A DNA stretch of 64,000 nt from the NCBI GenBank assembly GCA_964016885.1, contig OZ024743.1, positions 60,946,001-61,010,000 of the forward strand, in the 5' to 3' direction. The stretch is from Eledone cirrhosa. Its lineage: Eukaryota. The notes under the pieces were generated by a model. That model saw nothing but the letters and a program-made list of their open reading frames with translations, searched no databases and was not told where the DNA came from. How positions within the stretch are numbered: position 1 is the stretch's first letter; the number at the start of each line of letters is the position of its first letter. Both the position numbers and the translations under genes were made by a program. Of this stretch, positions 1 through 12,032 are shown one piece after another.

Positions 1-2044
1 CGTCTGGTGAAGGGACCGTTGAATCGTCCCTTCGGCTGGTCGTCGGCTCTTCTAAGAGAATGTCTGAGTATACTCTTCGATTGATGGTTCCTCCTAGGTC
101 CCTGAAATCACCAACTGCGTTGGGGAATTTCGTTTTAATGTTTGTGTATTGTTTCTGTGCTATTTTTAGCAGTCTTATGTTAGTTGGCGTTTTGATTGGT
201 GCTGGTATTATGTAGTCCTGTTGTGAAATGTCTGTGTGTTCAACTATGTAAGTCATTAGTTTCTTGTTGTGTGTATTTATTGCCGTGCATTTGTTTTTCT
301 GGGGGTGGGGTGTGGTTCTGCTATTTTCTTGTCGTTGTTGCTGGGTGTGTATGTTTTGTTGTTGTGTTTGCGATGTTGGTGCTTGTGGTGGTCGTGTTGA
401 AGGTGTTGTTGGCGGTGGGGTTGTCGCCGGTGGTGATGGTGGTGCTGGTGTGGGTGGTGATGGTGTTGGTGGTGTTGCTGCTGTGGGTCTCTTTGCAGTA
501 GACTTTACCCTTTTCTCATTTCTTTCCTCCCTTTTCAAAGGCGACGATGCGCTTCTTCTGCGTTTGTGCCTTCTTGCGACCTTTTGCCATCCCTCTCCCA
601 CCTCACACTCCATGTCTGATTCTGTAAGGTCGGGGAGGGGTACCAGCTCCACTCTTTCACTTGTTGTTGTTGGTGATGTTTGCACTGGAGTCTCTGTTGC
701 AGCTGCATTTGGTATTGCTGTTGTTGTTGTTAATATTTCCACTGCTGCTGCTGACTTTGATTTCCGTGGAGTGGGTATGGGTGCCACGGACCTATCGTTC
801 CTGGTTGCCGCTTGTCCTGTTGCTGGTAGCCGTGGAGCCGGATTCGGAAGGAGGGGGGTTTTCTCCTTTCTCAGGGTCTTCTCGTTGCAGAAGGCCCTGA
901 GGTGAGTCTTCGATCCACAGCGAAAGCATTTCGGGCGTTTGCCCTCAACACTTATGGGCAGTTGAGTGCCGTTATCGAAGTCTATCACATCCGGGATAGC
1001 TTCGATGCACTCCTGGTTGGTTTGGATTAGCATCTCAATGGAGGAGCCGACCCAATCTTCTCTTACTTTTTTCTGTACTTGCAGTACAGTTGTTTTGTCC
1101 TCGATTCCGACGAGGACAGACGCGGCCAGCCAAGAAGGGGTCATTCCGGGGGGGACGTGGGTCAGTTTGACCCTCACAATTTTTTGCCCGCAGTAGGAGG
1201 GCACCAACACCATTTCCTCGCTCCTTAGGGTCACTACTGATTGGGCCTTTGCCTCCTGGGGTGTGGCAAAAAGTACGTCTACGGTGGCGTATTTTTTGCC
1301 TCGGGTGATGTGCGTTTTCCTCTGCCACACAGACCCCAAGGCTTTTTGTATTTGGGCCTCTGTGGCTCTTTCCACCCTACGGGATTTTGTACTTACTGTA
1401 CGGTACGTGACCGTACAGTGCTCTTGGGTTTCGAAAAAATTTTTCGCTGCCTTGCAGATTGCTCGGTGTCCGTTCTTTGTCACCATCTTCTTCGCTTCCT
1501 CTAATTCCTCATTTGTTATGAGGATTGTTTCCAGGTTTTTCGCAATACCTGCAAATGAGATTGGTTTTTCTCTGCTGTTGTTGTTGTCGTCAGAGCTGCT
1601 GGTACTTTTGTTGTTGCTGCAGGTACTACGACTACTGCCTCCGCCGCTGTTGCTGTGGTTGTTGTTGGTGTTGCTGCTGCTAATGCTGTTGTTGTTTATG
1701 CTGCTGGTGATGCTGTTGCGGCTGCTACTGTTGTTTTCATTGTCACTGTTGCTGTTGTTATTACGGCTGCTACTGCTATTATTCCTGACGTCAGACGAAT
1801 GAACTGGGTTTTCGTATTTCCCGCACACCTGTTTCGTCGCTGTCGTCGTCGTCGTGGAGAAACCTTGCACGCTTTGCACGAGACTTTTCTTTTCTTTCGT
1901 CGCTTGCGAAAGAGAAGGGAGGGAGAGAGACACATTTAAAGAAGGGAGGGAGAGAGACAATCTTCTCTCTGCTGTAGTGATGATTGAGGAAGAAGAAGAC
2001 GGAATGAGTGGGAGTGACGTATGAAATTTCTTTTTCGTAGCCAT
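1..2044 (-). CDS. Non-LTR retrotransposon ORF1 (gag-like, CCHC zinc knuckle), open through the window start
   Basis: Manual translation from ATG at 2044 (MATKKKFHTSLP...) found no stop down to position 2. Contains an N/S-rich region, GKRPKCFRCGSKTHLRAFC (Cx2Cx4Hx4C, ~885-945), EGWQKVARRHKRR and a Pro/Thr-rich region. Absent from the ORF track because no stop lies inside the window. Confidence 0.85.
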   Translation of the reverse strand, partial: MATKKKFHTSLPLIPSSSSSIITTAERRLSLSLPSLNVSLSLPSLSQATKEKKSLVQSVQGFSTTTTTATKQVCGKYENPVHSSDVRNNSSSSRNNNSNSDNENNSSSRNSITSSINNNSISSSNTNNNHSNSGGGSSRSTCSNNKSTSSSDDNNNSREKPISFAGIAKNLETILITNEELEEAKKMVTKNGHRAICKAAKNFFETQEHCTVTYRTVSTKSRRVERATEAQIQKALGSVWQRKTHITRGKKYATVDVLFATPQEAKAQSVVTLRSEEMVLVPSYCGQKIVRVKLTHVPPGMTPSWLAASVLVGIEDKTTVLQVQKKVREDWVGSSIEMLIQTNQECIEAIPDVIDFDNGTQLPISVEGKRPKCFRCGSKTHLRAFCNEKTLRKEKTPLLPNPAPRLPATGQAATRNDRSVAPIPTPRKSKSAAAVEILTTTTAIPNAAATETPVQTSPTTTSERVELVPLPDLTESDMECEVGEGWQKVARRHKRRRSASSPLKREERNEKRVKSTAKRPTAATPPTPSPPTPAPPSPPATTPPPTTPSTRPPQAPTSQTQQQNIHTQQQRQENSRTTPHPQKNKCTAINTHNKKLMTYIVEHTDISQQDYIIPAPIKTPTNIRLLKIAQKQYTNIKTKFPNAVGDFRDLGGTINRRVYSDILLEEPTTSRRDDSTVPSPD

Positions 2045-2284
2045 GTTTTTTTGTTTAAAATGAAATTTTGGGTACAAAACCCCAATAACTGGTTATTTAA
2101 CCCCGAAGGGCCAAATAACGGACAGAAAGACCCCTCTCACGAGGAGGAGGGTGTCTTTATCAACAATTTGGTTCAAGTTTTAAACAATTTACAATTGTTT
2201 TAACGGTTAAAAATTACTATACCTTACAGAGCCGAGCCTCCGTCAACCATGGCATTCAATAATAATAATAATAATAATAATAAT

Positions 2285-2420
2285 AATTGTTTCTACTTTT
2301 GGCACATAACCAGCAATTATCTCAGTGTATTACTGGTACTTTATTTCATCGACCCCGTAAGGATGAAATGGAAAGTTAACCTCGGCGGGATTTGAACTCA
2401 GACCATAAAGGGGCGTAACT
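2285..2420 (-). mobile_element. tRNA-derived SINE (family S1), 5'-truncated
   Basis: Minus strand has B-box GAGTTCAAATCCC, then TTTCATCCTTACGGGGTCGAT..AAAGTACCAG and an (ATT)n tail. Same family at 15806, 18455, 45857 and 47818. Confidence 0.85.
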
Positions 2421-2587
2421 CTTTGAAGGATGAAAGGCAAAATACAAGGACGATTTGTTAAGCCTTCGTTACGTATATTGATTCGTGACGCGCGTTTCTC
2501 TATTGATCAGCTCAAGGTTTGATCTGTATTGATCTGCCCTGACTCTGGAATCAAAAGCACGTCATATCTCTGCTGTTGTAATGACAG

Positions 2588-2673
2588 AATCATCTCCAGT
2601 ACTAGGTTGGTGTTTTTTTATCGACCTTGAATGGATGAAATTTGACCTTGGCGAGATTTGTTGGAGCGAAACG

Positions 2674-2710
<37 letters not shown>

Positions 2711-2867
2711 GTGTGTGTGCGTGTGTGTGCGTATATATAAATATATATATATTTACTTATATACACATATACATATTAACGTTTTCGCTCCGACAAATCT
2801 CATCAAGGTCAAATTTCATCCACTCAAGTTCGATAAAAAAGCACCAACCTAGTACAGGAGACGATTC
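2588..2867. repeat. Inverted repeat (~90-bp arms, SINE-derived) around a (TA)/(TG) microsatellite
   Basis: 2588-2680 is the near reverse complement of 2774-2867. Confidence 0.8.
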
Positions 2868-4059
2868 TTCCTCTATATATCTTTCTCTCACTCTCTCTAT
2901 CCTTCTCTGCAAAAAATCTGCCGTATTCAGACCTGCGAATAAATGGACTCCCCTGGGTTAAAAGAATGCCCTAGAAAGGTTGTATGTCAATACAGCAACT
3001 CTATCACTCGCTCGGGAATTACGGAACTATACAAACATACTATGTTTGTAGCTAATAGTAAGGATAGTATTCAGAAGAAAGCAAATGACCTCGATGCATA
3101 TCTCATACCATTTGTTGCAATATTTACTGACAGGAAATAACAAGAAAAGTTTTGCTATGTGAAAGTTGTGAGAAAGTGATTACTTTTGATGGAGTATAGT
3201 ATTTACTTCATTAAAATAAATTTGGTTGATGAAATTTATTAATTCTTATACTAATTAAGTTGAGGTGATGAAAGACAATCAGCTGCAATAGGCGTTGAAT
3301 GAAGTGCTGTAAGTTTCCCAACCTCATACAACAAATCATCTAACTTAATTTCTGTCGGCTTGGATATCGCCAATTGTTGAACAACATACTAAAATAGATT
3401 AGTTGTATTTCAGCCTCTCAAAAGAAAGAAGTAAAATATGTCTCCAGCATCTTCACACAGTTTTTATTGGTGAATGTGAGTCTTATTTTGACACCTATCT
3501 CGCATCGTTATAATGATGTAAATTAATTGTTTAGTAAGCCAACGTGATATTACATTGGAATGCAAGGGAATGAACATCCATCGATTTTGATTATTGATCT
3601 TCTAGTTGCTTTATCAAAGCCGTGAAAGTAACATGCAGCTGCCATACCATCCCAGAATCATGTAGTTCTCAGAGTGATTCAGTTTGACAAGCATGGTCCT
3701 TTGAAATACAGGGACAACCAGCTAACTAGACTGGAGCGACGTGAAATAAAATGTCTTACACAAGGAGACAACTTACAACCTTTCTCAGATACTCTAAATG
3801 CTAAGTTACACATCATCCCAGCTGTTACCGTACAGTTGATAGATATTTCGTTGCTATTACGTTAAATAGAATTATTACGTTAATTGATTAAAAATAGAGT
3901 AACCACTTATCAAGGTACCTTTCTGATAGGAGACGCGGGTTTTACCCTGTATGTGATACTTTTTGTTGCCTGGACGATTAACACAAATACTGCCGAAAAT
4001 TGTATTAAAGAAAGTGAAATAAATCAGATAAACACGAAATGATTGTTTACATTAATTGA

Positions 4060-4290
4060 CAGGCTGGTAATTTAGCAGAATTTGTAGAGCGTCGGATAAT
4101 GTGGTATTGCAGAATTTGTTCTGACTCTTTTGATTCAAAGTTCGGGTCTCGCCGAGGTCAACTTTTCCTTTTACACGTATATTGTCGATAAAATTAAAAT
4201 AAAAATACAACCAAGTAATGGTGTCGATTTAATCAATTCTACCTTTTACCCTTCCCACAACGTTGCTAAATTTGTGACTAATTTAGAAAT
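4060..4290 (+). mobile_element. Degenerate S1-related SINE
   Basis: CGCCGAGGTCAACTTTTCCTTT...GTCGATAAAATTAAA matches the S1 core. Confidence 0.6.
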
Positions 4291-4742
4291 CAATAATTGC
4301 ATTCATTGATAATTTCCCAACAAGCAAAGTATGTGATTTTTTAACTGAGTGAAAGCCTGTCAAGTAGACCGTTCCTCTTTTAGTATGGTAAATGTATTGC
4401 GCTGACCTGTTTAACACCATCAACTGGTCGATGGGTGCTTTAGCGGAGTCCGCTTTTTGCAGGCATTGAGGCGAGGTTTCTGGTCTGAGAATGATTCCTC
4501 CCTTCTTATTAGTGTAGCATGACATGAAAGAGTTCATGACTGAGCCAACCAGTTAAAAACACTAAGCTAGTCAATGTCCTGTATGGCTTTCTGATTAAAT
4601 CTCAAATCAATACATTATTGCTCTGCTACAAATCGGCTTAAAAACCATACGCTATCAATCATTATTTCGTTGGAGTACATACAGAAATGTTATGCACAAA
4701 AATTCAAAATGTGTGCTGGTGAATTACCAATATATACATACA

Positions 4743-4826
<84 letters not shown>

Positions 4827-4933
4827 AGGGATTCAAACTTTATCTGATTTATTCGTTTTATTTACAATCCTTTAAAATTATAATGATATTATAATGAAAT
4901 AGTATGATAGAATATTAAATGTTAAATGTTAAT

Positions 4934-4972
4934 TGAACAAGTACTTTAATGCTTTCGCAATCTTCAGGTTCA
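4934..4972 (-). ncRNA. Minimal type I hammerhead motif (family A), core mutated
   Basis: UGAAC-CUGAAGA-U-UGC gaaa GCA-U-UAAA-GUAC-UU-GUUCA; GAAA reads UAAA in this copy. Confidence 0.65.
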
Positions 4973-5023
4973 TATTAAAAATATAAATTAAAATGCATAT
5001 ACGCACCTCTATAACTATATAAC

Positions 5024-5106
5024 ACACGCGTACAAATCCAAAGAGATCTGTTTCGCCAAGAAATTGTTGACTGAAATTGAATCGCCTATGGGTCATCAGC
5101 GCGTGT
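5024..5106 (-). ncRNA. Type I hammerhead ribozyme with full stem III (family B)
   Basis: ACACGCG-CUGAUGA-cCCA...UGGc-GAAACAGAUC ucuuug GAUUUGUA-CGCGUGU: 7-bp stem I, intact core, GUA cleavage triplet. Confidence 0.85.
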
Positions 5107-5365
5107 AAGACTATACATTCCAGACAACTCTAAGAAAATCTAAGACAACCGTCCAGCAATATTTCGCTCCTCATAATAGTCTTTCCTCTCTCTCTGTTTG
5201 GTTGAGCACATCTCTTTGGGTGGTTTTGGGGGCTGCCCTTTCTAGCAGCTCGTCCCTCAGATACCACTGTTTCACTGCCCTAAACACGCTGTGACATCTC
5301 TCTGCCGCGTGTAGCTGGACGGTCGCTTTAGATTCTCTTAGAGTTGTCTGGAATGTAGTGTCTTG

Positions 5366-5446
5366 CACGCGCTGATGAACCATAGGCTATTCCATTTCAG
5401 TCAACAACTTCCTGGTGTAACAGATCTCTTTGGATTTGTACGCGTG
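5366..5446 (+). ncRNA. Hammerhead motif, inverted copy of family B (GAAA to GUAA)
   Basis: CACGCG-CUGAUGA-ACCA...UGGU-GUAACAGAUC...GAUUUGUA-CGCGUG. Confidence 0.75.
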
Positions 5447-5589
5447 TGTTATATAGTTATAGTCGTGTGTATATGCATTTTAATTGATATGTTTAATTAG
5501 TGTGTGTCTACCCTGCCTTCCATAGGTTATAGGTTCCATACACTAGTGGCTCCCCTGTTTTATTGATGGCACACACACACACACACACA

Positions 5590-5659
<70 letters not shown>

Positions 5660-5684
5660 AATGTGTTACCCTTTCAACATATTG

Positions 5685-5763
<79 letters not shown>

Positions 5764-6966
5764 TGTGCACATTAGATACCGGACACATAAAATCATGTGA
5801 CCATAAAACAGAATTAAGTTTCTAGTTAGATTAAAATCACTTCCCTGGTTGTACAACCTTTTTTCCTCTGAAGATTTTACATCGTGGAAATGAACATTTC
5901 CATGGAAATATTCACTAAATATGTTGAGGAATCTATAATGTTAAAGCTTCCAATAACTCACATCAAATATCATAAAATCAACATTCGAATTCATGATTTC
6001 TGTGATGCTATAACATTCATTTTTTGTTGTTATATTGTAATGTTTTTTACCCTTTTATTACATTCACACATACAACCTATTAAAGCAATAATTCAGTGAC
6101 AAAACACAACACAACCTCGTTTCAACAAATAGCTGTCAGATCATCAAAGCTGCAATTTGATGATATACTATTTCTTCAGTGTGTATGTTATGATTATTTT
6201 GAAGAAATAAAACTAGTAATAAACAGCAATAAATATCTAAGAGCAAAGTTAGCAACAGTAATATCTCAAACAAGTAGCTGTGTGACACATGTCATTTCCT
6301 TTCATTTTGCCATAATTCTGACTTTTTTTTTACTGCAATGTTTATTAACGAAGATAAAATATAATGAAAGAAATTGAAGAACTATAACAACGCATATGGC
6401 ACTGGCAGACATTGATATAGTCGATCGCATGCTTGTATTCACTTTTGGAACCAGTTTTACTGATATTTCACAGATGGTATTGATATGACCCAAATAAAAT
6501 ATTTAGCTAGAAAATCTGTACGATTATTTTGCTTCCTATATAAGAAGGTAATACTTAGGAAAAAAAAAATGAATAAATACATTGAAATCAAAACTTCTGG
6601 CCAAGTAAAATATATATAATGATTACTCCTTCAACTGCTTGATGTAAGTTTCTATATATGATACTAAGGTTTCACTGTGTTTCCATGGTTTTATCATTGC
6701 GTGGTTATGTTACCATTGTTCAATATTTAGAAGATATCTCATCTTAACACTAGACAAAGAGAACAGCCGTTCATATTATGCAGGGGTGTACATTTCTAGG
6801 ATTGATGTTCTCCTGAATGACAAATGTTGGTGCCAGCAATTCCATGACTCCTGCGTTTTGTTTGTTTCATTTATTATATATATATATATATATATGAGGG
6901 ACTAAACTCTGTGAGTGAACATCGTTAATGTTCTCCCTCATATCAAGGATTTGAAGACAATTCATT

Positions 6967-7041
6967 TTCACCTGACGAGATCAGTGATAATCCATCATGG
7001 CTACACGATCGATCTATCTCTTATTGAAACATGTGTCGTGA
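6967..7041 (+). ncRNA. Type I hammerhead motif (family C) within a ~350-bp (TA)n-flanked element (6896-7250)
   Basis: UCAC-CUGACGA-[imperfect long stem II]-GAAACAUGUGUC-GUGA; palindromic ACAUGU stem III. Confidence 0.65.
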
Positions 7042-7247
7042 TTAAAATTATTAGAAATGTATACCATGCCTTCGTATCTTTATTTTGATACAAATACTCC
7101 GTTTTACATCATCTAGCTGTTCCGAAAATTAACGATGTTCATAAATGGAATTGGAGATATACAAAAGCGCGGAGAACTTAATATTGCTAACAAAAATAAA
7201 TGTATTAGACCGTATGACACAACCAAAAATACACCTTACTATATGAC

Positions 7248-7291
<44 letters not shown>

Positions 7292-7340
7292 AAAGAGAGA
7301 GAGAGAGAGAGAGAGAGAGGGGGAGAGGCAAGGAGAGAGG

Positions 7341-7510
7341 TATGTAAAATCACGACCGCGACGCCACGAGAGTTTGGCTTGTGTGTGACACGTAACCGTT
7401 TAGCAATGCGATCGGGATTTTACATAACTCTACACCCACTCTGCATCTCCCCATGCATTGAAAACTCCCATGATTGGTGGTCACCCCGGTCACAACCACA
7501 CAGATTCTCT
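7341..7510 (+). mobile_element. Short repeat ending in (CT)n, with self-inverted 5' end
   Basis: Homologous to 26952-27105 (GATTTTACATA..CCCACTCTGCATCT..ACTCCCATGATT.GTGGTC). Both start with an inverted ATGTAAA(A)TC and end in (CT)n. Confidence 0.65.
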
Positions 7511-7553
7511 CTTTTTCTCTCTGTCTTTCTCTCTCTCTATATATATATATATA

Positions 7554-7882
7554 TGAAAATGTATGACCCCGACGACAGAGCTCAAGCCGTTTCGACGGCT
7601 ATTTCTGGACTAAGTTAGCGGGGTCATACATTTTCCTATTACCCACTCTACGACCCTAAGCATTGAGTACCCTGGTACGTCATGGTCCATCTGGTTCCTT
7701 ACCACAACTCCTTCGTTATATATATATATATATATATATATAACAAAGAAGGTTTAATAAGATACCAGGTGGGCCATAACGCACCAGAGTACTCGATATT
7801 TCGGGTAGTAGAGTGGGTAATAGGAAAAGAGTCAGGACCCCGACGGCCGCAAGCTCACCCGTCGGTGTCCTGACTTTTTTCA
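7554..7882. mobile_element. Tail-to-tail fragments of a Penelope-like pLTR (family J) around (TA)n
   Basis: ~7630-7716 is the inverse of ~7745-7830. GACCCCGACG.CAGAGCTCAAGCCGTTTC is shared with 12798-12905 and 41510-41570. Confidence 0.7.
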
Positions 7883-8353
7883 TATATATATAAAGAGAGA
7901 GATATATGTGTGTGTGTGTATGTATGTATATACACGTTGTGTGTTAGAAAGAGAAAGAAAGTGAGTGTGCGTATGTGTGTGTCTATGTCCGTGTGTGTAT
8001 ATTTGTGTGCGTTGACAATTTTAAGAATCTGAGTGCGAACCACATTCAGTATTCGATGCGATAACGTCGTGTACAAGACAAACTGTAAATACTGTGTAAT
8101 CCAGAGATTGTTAATCTATATCTCATTAGTACTGTAAACCCAGGAACACATTTTCATCCGATTAAATGGAATATACAATCGCAAAGTATAATAAAAGGAA
8201 AAGGTGAATATTTCAGTGTAACATCTGTTTATTGTGTAACGATAATTTCTGTAACAATCCTGCTCAAAGCTTTGATATTATACAATGATTCTCAGACTAG
8301 GGTTTGAATAACTATTTACAGCTAGACTCAAAGAATTTAGCTCCTTGATCAAA

Positions 8354-8762
8354 TCTATATTATAATAAGAGTAAGAGCTCTGTGTGTCTCTCCGTCCGTC
8401 TATCACGCTCACTTTATATAGAGAGGGACAGCGCCAAGCGAGAGATATATACAGAGAGAGAGAAAAGGGAGCGCCATGTGTTTCCGGGGTGATAGAAAGT
8501 GGTAGATAGACAGAATGTTATGACGTCGCCCTCATCTATATAGAGAGAGGTGCAGCCCAAGCGAGAGATATGTACATAGATGGTGTGAAAAAAAGAAACG
8601 CGCTCTGTTTTGGGGCTGACAGAAAGAGGTAGATAGACCGAAAGTTACGACGTCACCCTTATCTATATAAAGAAGGGGAGCGCCAAGCCAAAGAAATGTA
8701 CATAGATATAGAGAGAAACGGAAGGTCATTTCTTTAGAGAGAGAGAGACAGTGAGAGCGCGC

Positions 8763-8816
<54 letters not shown>

Positions 8817-8930
8817 CAGAAAGAAGGAAATTTTACGCGCAAAATCATAACATCCATAAACTGGGCTTGTCTCACTTGGGTGGTCCAATCGGATAAGCTG
8901 GAGACAGTTGTTTTTGACAAGACCCACTAG
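8354..8930 (+). mobile_element. Probable non-autonomous Helitron-like element with ~125-bp internal tandem repeats
   Basis: A|TCTATATTATAATAAGAG 5' end; three diverged units at ~8418, 8540 and 8667. A CTAG occurs at 8927-8930 but without a convincing hairpin. Confidence 0.45.
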
Positions 8931-9059
8931 AAGAAGAAGAAGAAGAAGAAGAAGAAGAAGAAGAAGAAGAAGAAGAAGAAGAAGAAGAAGATAAGCAAAC
9001 AAAAAATAAACAGAAATAATTAAATAAATATAACCCGAATGTACGATTTAGAGGTAGTT

Positions 9060-10557
9060 CGGGTTGTTAATTATCTAAGCTAGTGTTTATCATAAATCTT
9101 TGTTAGCTAATCACAGGTATCTCTTATATATTTTCTTCCAGGAATTGGCAGAAAAAGTAGTCTAGTGGGGAAGGTGTTAGTGTCACAATGTCTAGTATAC
9201 ATTTGTGATGGTCAGCTGCTGTCAATATTTTTGAAGGTATATTGGTTAACAGGATGGACACGATGGTAATCTTCCAATTTAAGGCCATTAAATATATTTT
9301 GCTTACCGAATGAGAATATTAATGTTATGAAAAGTTAAGAGTATGTTGGATAATTTGAAATATTTGAAAATTTGAAAATTTTGAATAAGTTCCAATATCG
9401 TGAAATTCACGATATTTTTCTATAGGATATAGCATTCCACAAAGCCTTCGATATCTACCGCTTTAAAAATTAATAAAAGTTATCTTCGGTATTGTTCAGT
9501 AAGATATAGTGTCTCAAGAAGCTCTCGATATTTGCCGCTTACTGTTTATTAATTAATGAATCGTCCATATGCAATAAAGTCCCTCGGATACGCCCAGAAC
9601 TTTCCTCAAAGTATTAGACAGGATCACTTCCTACTCATGTAAATACCATAAAATATTTAATAGACATACCATAAAACTGGCTGAGACAACGGCACCAATT
9701 CTAGAGGATAACTGACAATATTCTTTGAGTGTAACTGTAAATAATTATGCAATCTCCGGGTTATTAAATCACTGTATTCTGCTGCGATAAGGATTCTTAC
9801 AGAAACGATTGTTGAGCAATAGTCTGTCCTCGTAGTGGGTCTTGGAAACTGATTACTGATCTCTGATATCGATCAGGCGAACAACAGTCTAACACCATCG
9901 CACACGCAAGAAGAAGGAGAAGAAGCAATAACCGAATGTTATATTAAAATCTTTATCGTTTGCTTATACATACGACTATGTGTAACAAATGACCGTCAGA
10001 AGGTAAAAATATACTCTGTGTCACCAACACCTTCCCCACAAGTCTATTTTTACTTCTGTCTGCTGGGAAACAAAAGATATTCCAGTGATAAGCTGACAGA
10101 GATTTATGATTTGCACTAGCTTAGAAACTTCATGAGCTGAATTAATTCTCAGTCGTACTTTCGAGATTTATTTGTTGTATTTATTTTTTTGTTTATATAT
10201 TTTTATCTACACATAACCATGTCCCTTGTCCGTGGAAATGCCTTTGTAGTTCTGTCCCCGAGGGGCAGCCGAGACGCCACCCCACTCTAGGCCTAGAGCC
10301 TATCACCCTCTCTCCTTCCCCCTCTCTTTCTTCTGTGGCGCAAGAGTCCTTGGTGATCCCCTTTTTTTCCTCTCATTTATGGCATTTATAGTCCCTTCCT
10401 CTAATTCCCCATACAGCCAGATTTGCCCTTCTTTACCTTTACAGCTACCCTCTCTTTTCATTACTTAGTTTTTTTTTCTTTCTTTTTCATATTTCCATTA
10501 TTGTATACCTTCTTTTTGTAAAATATAGTTGACATAATAAAAGATTCCATCCTTAAA
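9060..10557 (+). mobile_element. Highly degenerate Penelope-like (Naiad-type) remnant with inverted 5' piece
   Basis: ~9640-9680 translates KYHKIFNRHTIKL (cf. KCHRIFNRKTITL at ~33145); CNC at ~9728. 9075-9190 is the inverse of 10015-10125. A pyrimidine-rich 3' region ends at (TA)n. Confidence 0.6.
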
Positions 10558-10573
10558 TATATATATATATATA

Positions 10574-11961
10574 CTAGCAGATGTATCCGGCGTTGCTAGA
10601 GAAATGAATGACAGCCTGTTTGTCCGTATAAAGAGAGCCAAGGTTGAGCAAAGTATTGAAATGTAATTGTAAAAAAATGTTTAACAAAATGGGTATACAG
10701 TGACATGATTGAGTGAAATAAACGGCAACATAAAATCATTAGCTCGTACAGCTGATGTTGCGGCAGCATTTCTGTTCAGACGATTTTTGCGTTGTACCCC
10801 ATTCTCAGCAGCTCGTGCAGCTGCAGTTGCTGTGTCATCCCGTGTTTGGCGACGTAAACGTCGTTCCTCATTCTCAGCAACTCGTGCAGCTGCAGTTGCT
10901 GTGGCATCCCGTGTTTGGTGACGTAAACGTCGTTCCTCATTCTCAGCAACTCGTGCAGCTGCAGTTGCTGTGGCATCCCGTGTTTGGCGACGTAAACGGT
11001 GTTCCTCATTCTCAGCAACTCGTGCAGCTGCAGTTGCTGTGGCATCCCGTGTTTGGCGACGTAAACGGTGTTCCTCATTCTCAGCAACTCGTGCAGCTGC
11101 AGTTGCTGTGGTATCCCGTGTTTGGTGACGTAAACGTCGTTCCTCATTCTCAGCAACTCGTGCTATGTTTTCTGACTGACTTATTTCATGATCAATCCTT
11201 GCCTTCTTCGTCTGATATTTGGTCGACTGCCGCCCAATTGAAGGTTTTCTCTTTTTAGGCATTATCTCGCGGAGTACCAAACTGTTGTCCTAAGTGGAGA
11301 AAATAGCAATAACTTGAGAAGTTTAAACTTAGCTGTTATGCATTGAGAACGATAATTTAGAGGTTAGTAATTTAAATGGAAGAAGAAAAGGTTTAAAAGT
11401 AGAAGCACACAATATTCGGAGATTCGAAATGTCAACTTAAGTTGAGAGAACTGCTAAAGTGCATTTTACGCCCGCATTAATGTACGGGGAGTAGAAAATG
11501 TAATCGTTTTAACTCCTGCGAAGCATATAGTATTTATTATTGGCATTAACCTAAGGCAAATATAGATGGTAGTTTGGTAAAATTAACACAGGAATAACAT
11601 CAACAACGTACCAGAAAGCTTCAAAATACTCGTACAGTTGATCGAGTAACGTCGTGCTATCAAACGTATTTCTCACAGGAATATGCACGGTATATGTTCA
11701 GTCATGTTGACTAATGTTAGTTGCTTAGTCCAATTTGAAATCGCGACCTTCAATCGGGCGAATTGTTCAAGGTCGTTTATGGCTTAGCTAGCAATTTCTG
11801 AGTGTATGTCAGCCTATGTCAGCTAATTGGCTAGCCAATGAGAAGTCGCCTCAATAGCACGTGCCAAATCGGCCTAGTACTTCAAAAGTTAAAAGGAGCC
11901 TAGTATTAGTACACAGACAGACACACACACACACAGACCGACTTGCTTTTATATATATAGA
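10574..11961 (-). mobile_element. Non-autonomous Helitron
   Basis: Minus 5' A|TCTATATATATAAAAGCAAG at 11961; 3' imperfect hairpin TCTAGCAACGCCGGA then CATCTGCTAG|T at 10574; inserted in (TA)n. Confidence 0.85.
10681..11262 (-). CDS. Helitron RepHel N-terminal fragment with 23-aa (STPR-like) repeats
   Basis: MPKKRKPSIGR... followed by 5 near-perfect and 1 degenerate ARVAENEE(H/R)RLR(R/H)QTRDATATAA repeats (69-bp unit); ORF intact. Confidence 0.65.
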   Translation of the reverse strand: MPKKRKPSIGRQSTKYQTKKARIDHEISQSENIARVAENEERRLRHQTRDTTATAAARVAENEEHRLRRQTRDATATAAARVAENEEHRLRRQTRDATATAAARVAENEERRLRHQTRDATATAAARVAENEERRLRRQTRDDTATAAARAAENGVQRKNRLNRNAAATSAVRANDFMLPFISLNHVTVYPFC

Positions 11962-12032
11962 TATATATAGCATGGCCTCTGCTGGGTGGCTGGAACAGGT
12001 AAAAGAGTAAAAGAGTAATATATATATATATA

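Larger units (their letters stand above)
4821..5500. mobile_element. Penelope-like pLTR-derived head-to-head inverted structure abutting (TA)n
   Basis: ~4975-5157 is the inverse of ~5313-5497. 4821-4975 matches the family at 15048-15230 and 26790-26950. Contains three hammerhead motifs. Confidence 0.75.

Noticed and set aside
196-1939. Plus-strand Leu/Val-rich ORFs
   Set aside because: Antisense shadows of the minus-strand LINE ORF1.
10790-11165. CRISPR-like array
   Set aside because: Contiguous 69-bp coding repeats with no unique spacers, in eukaryotic context with no cas genes.
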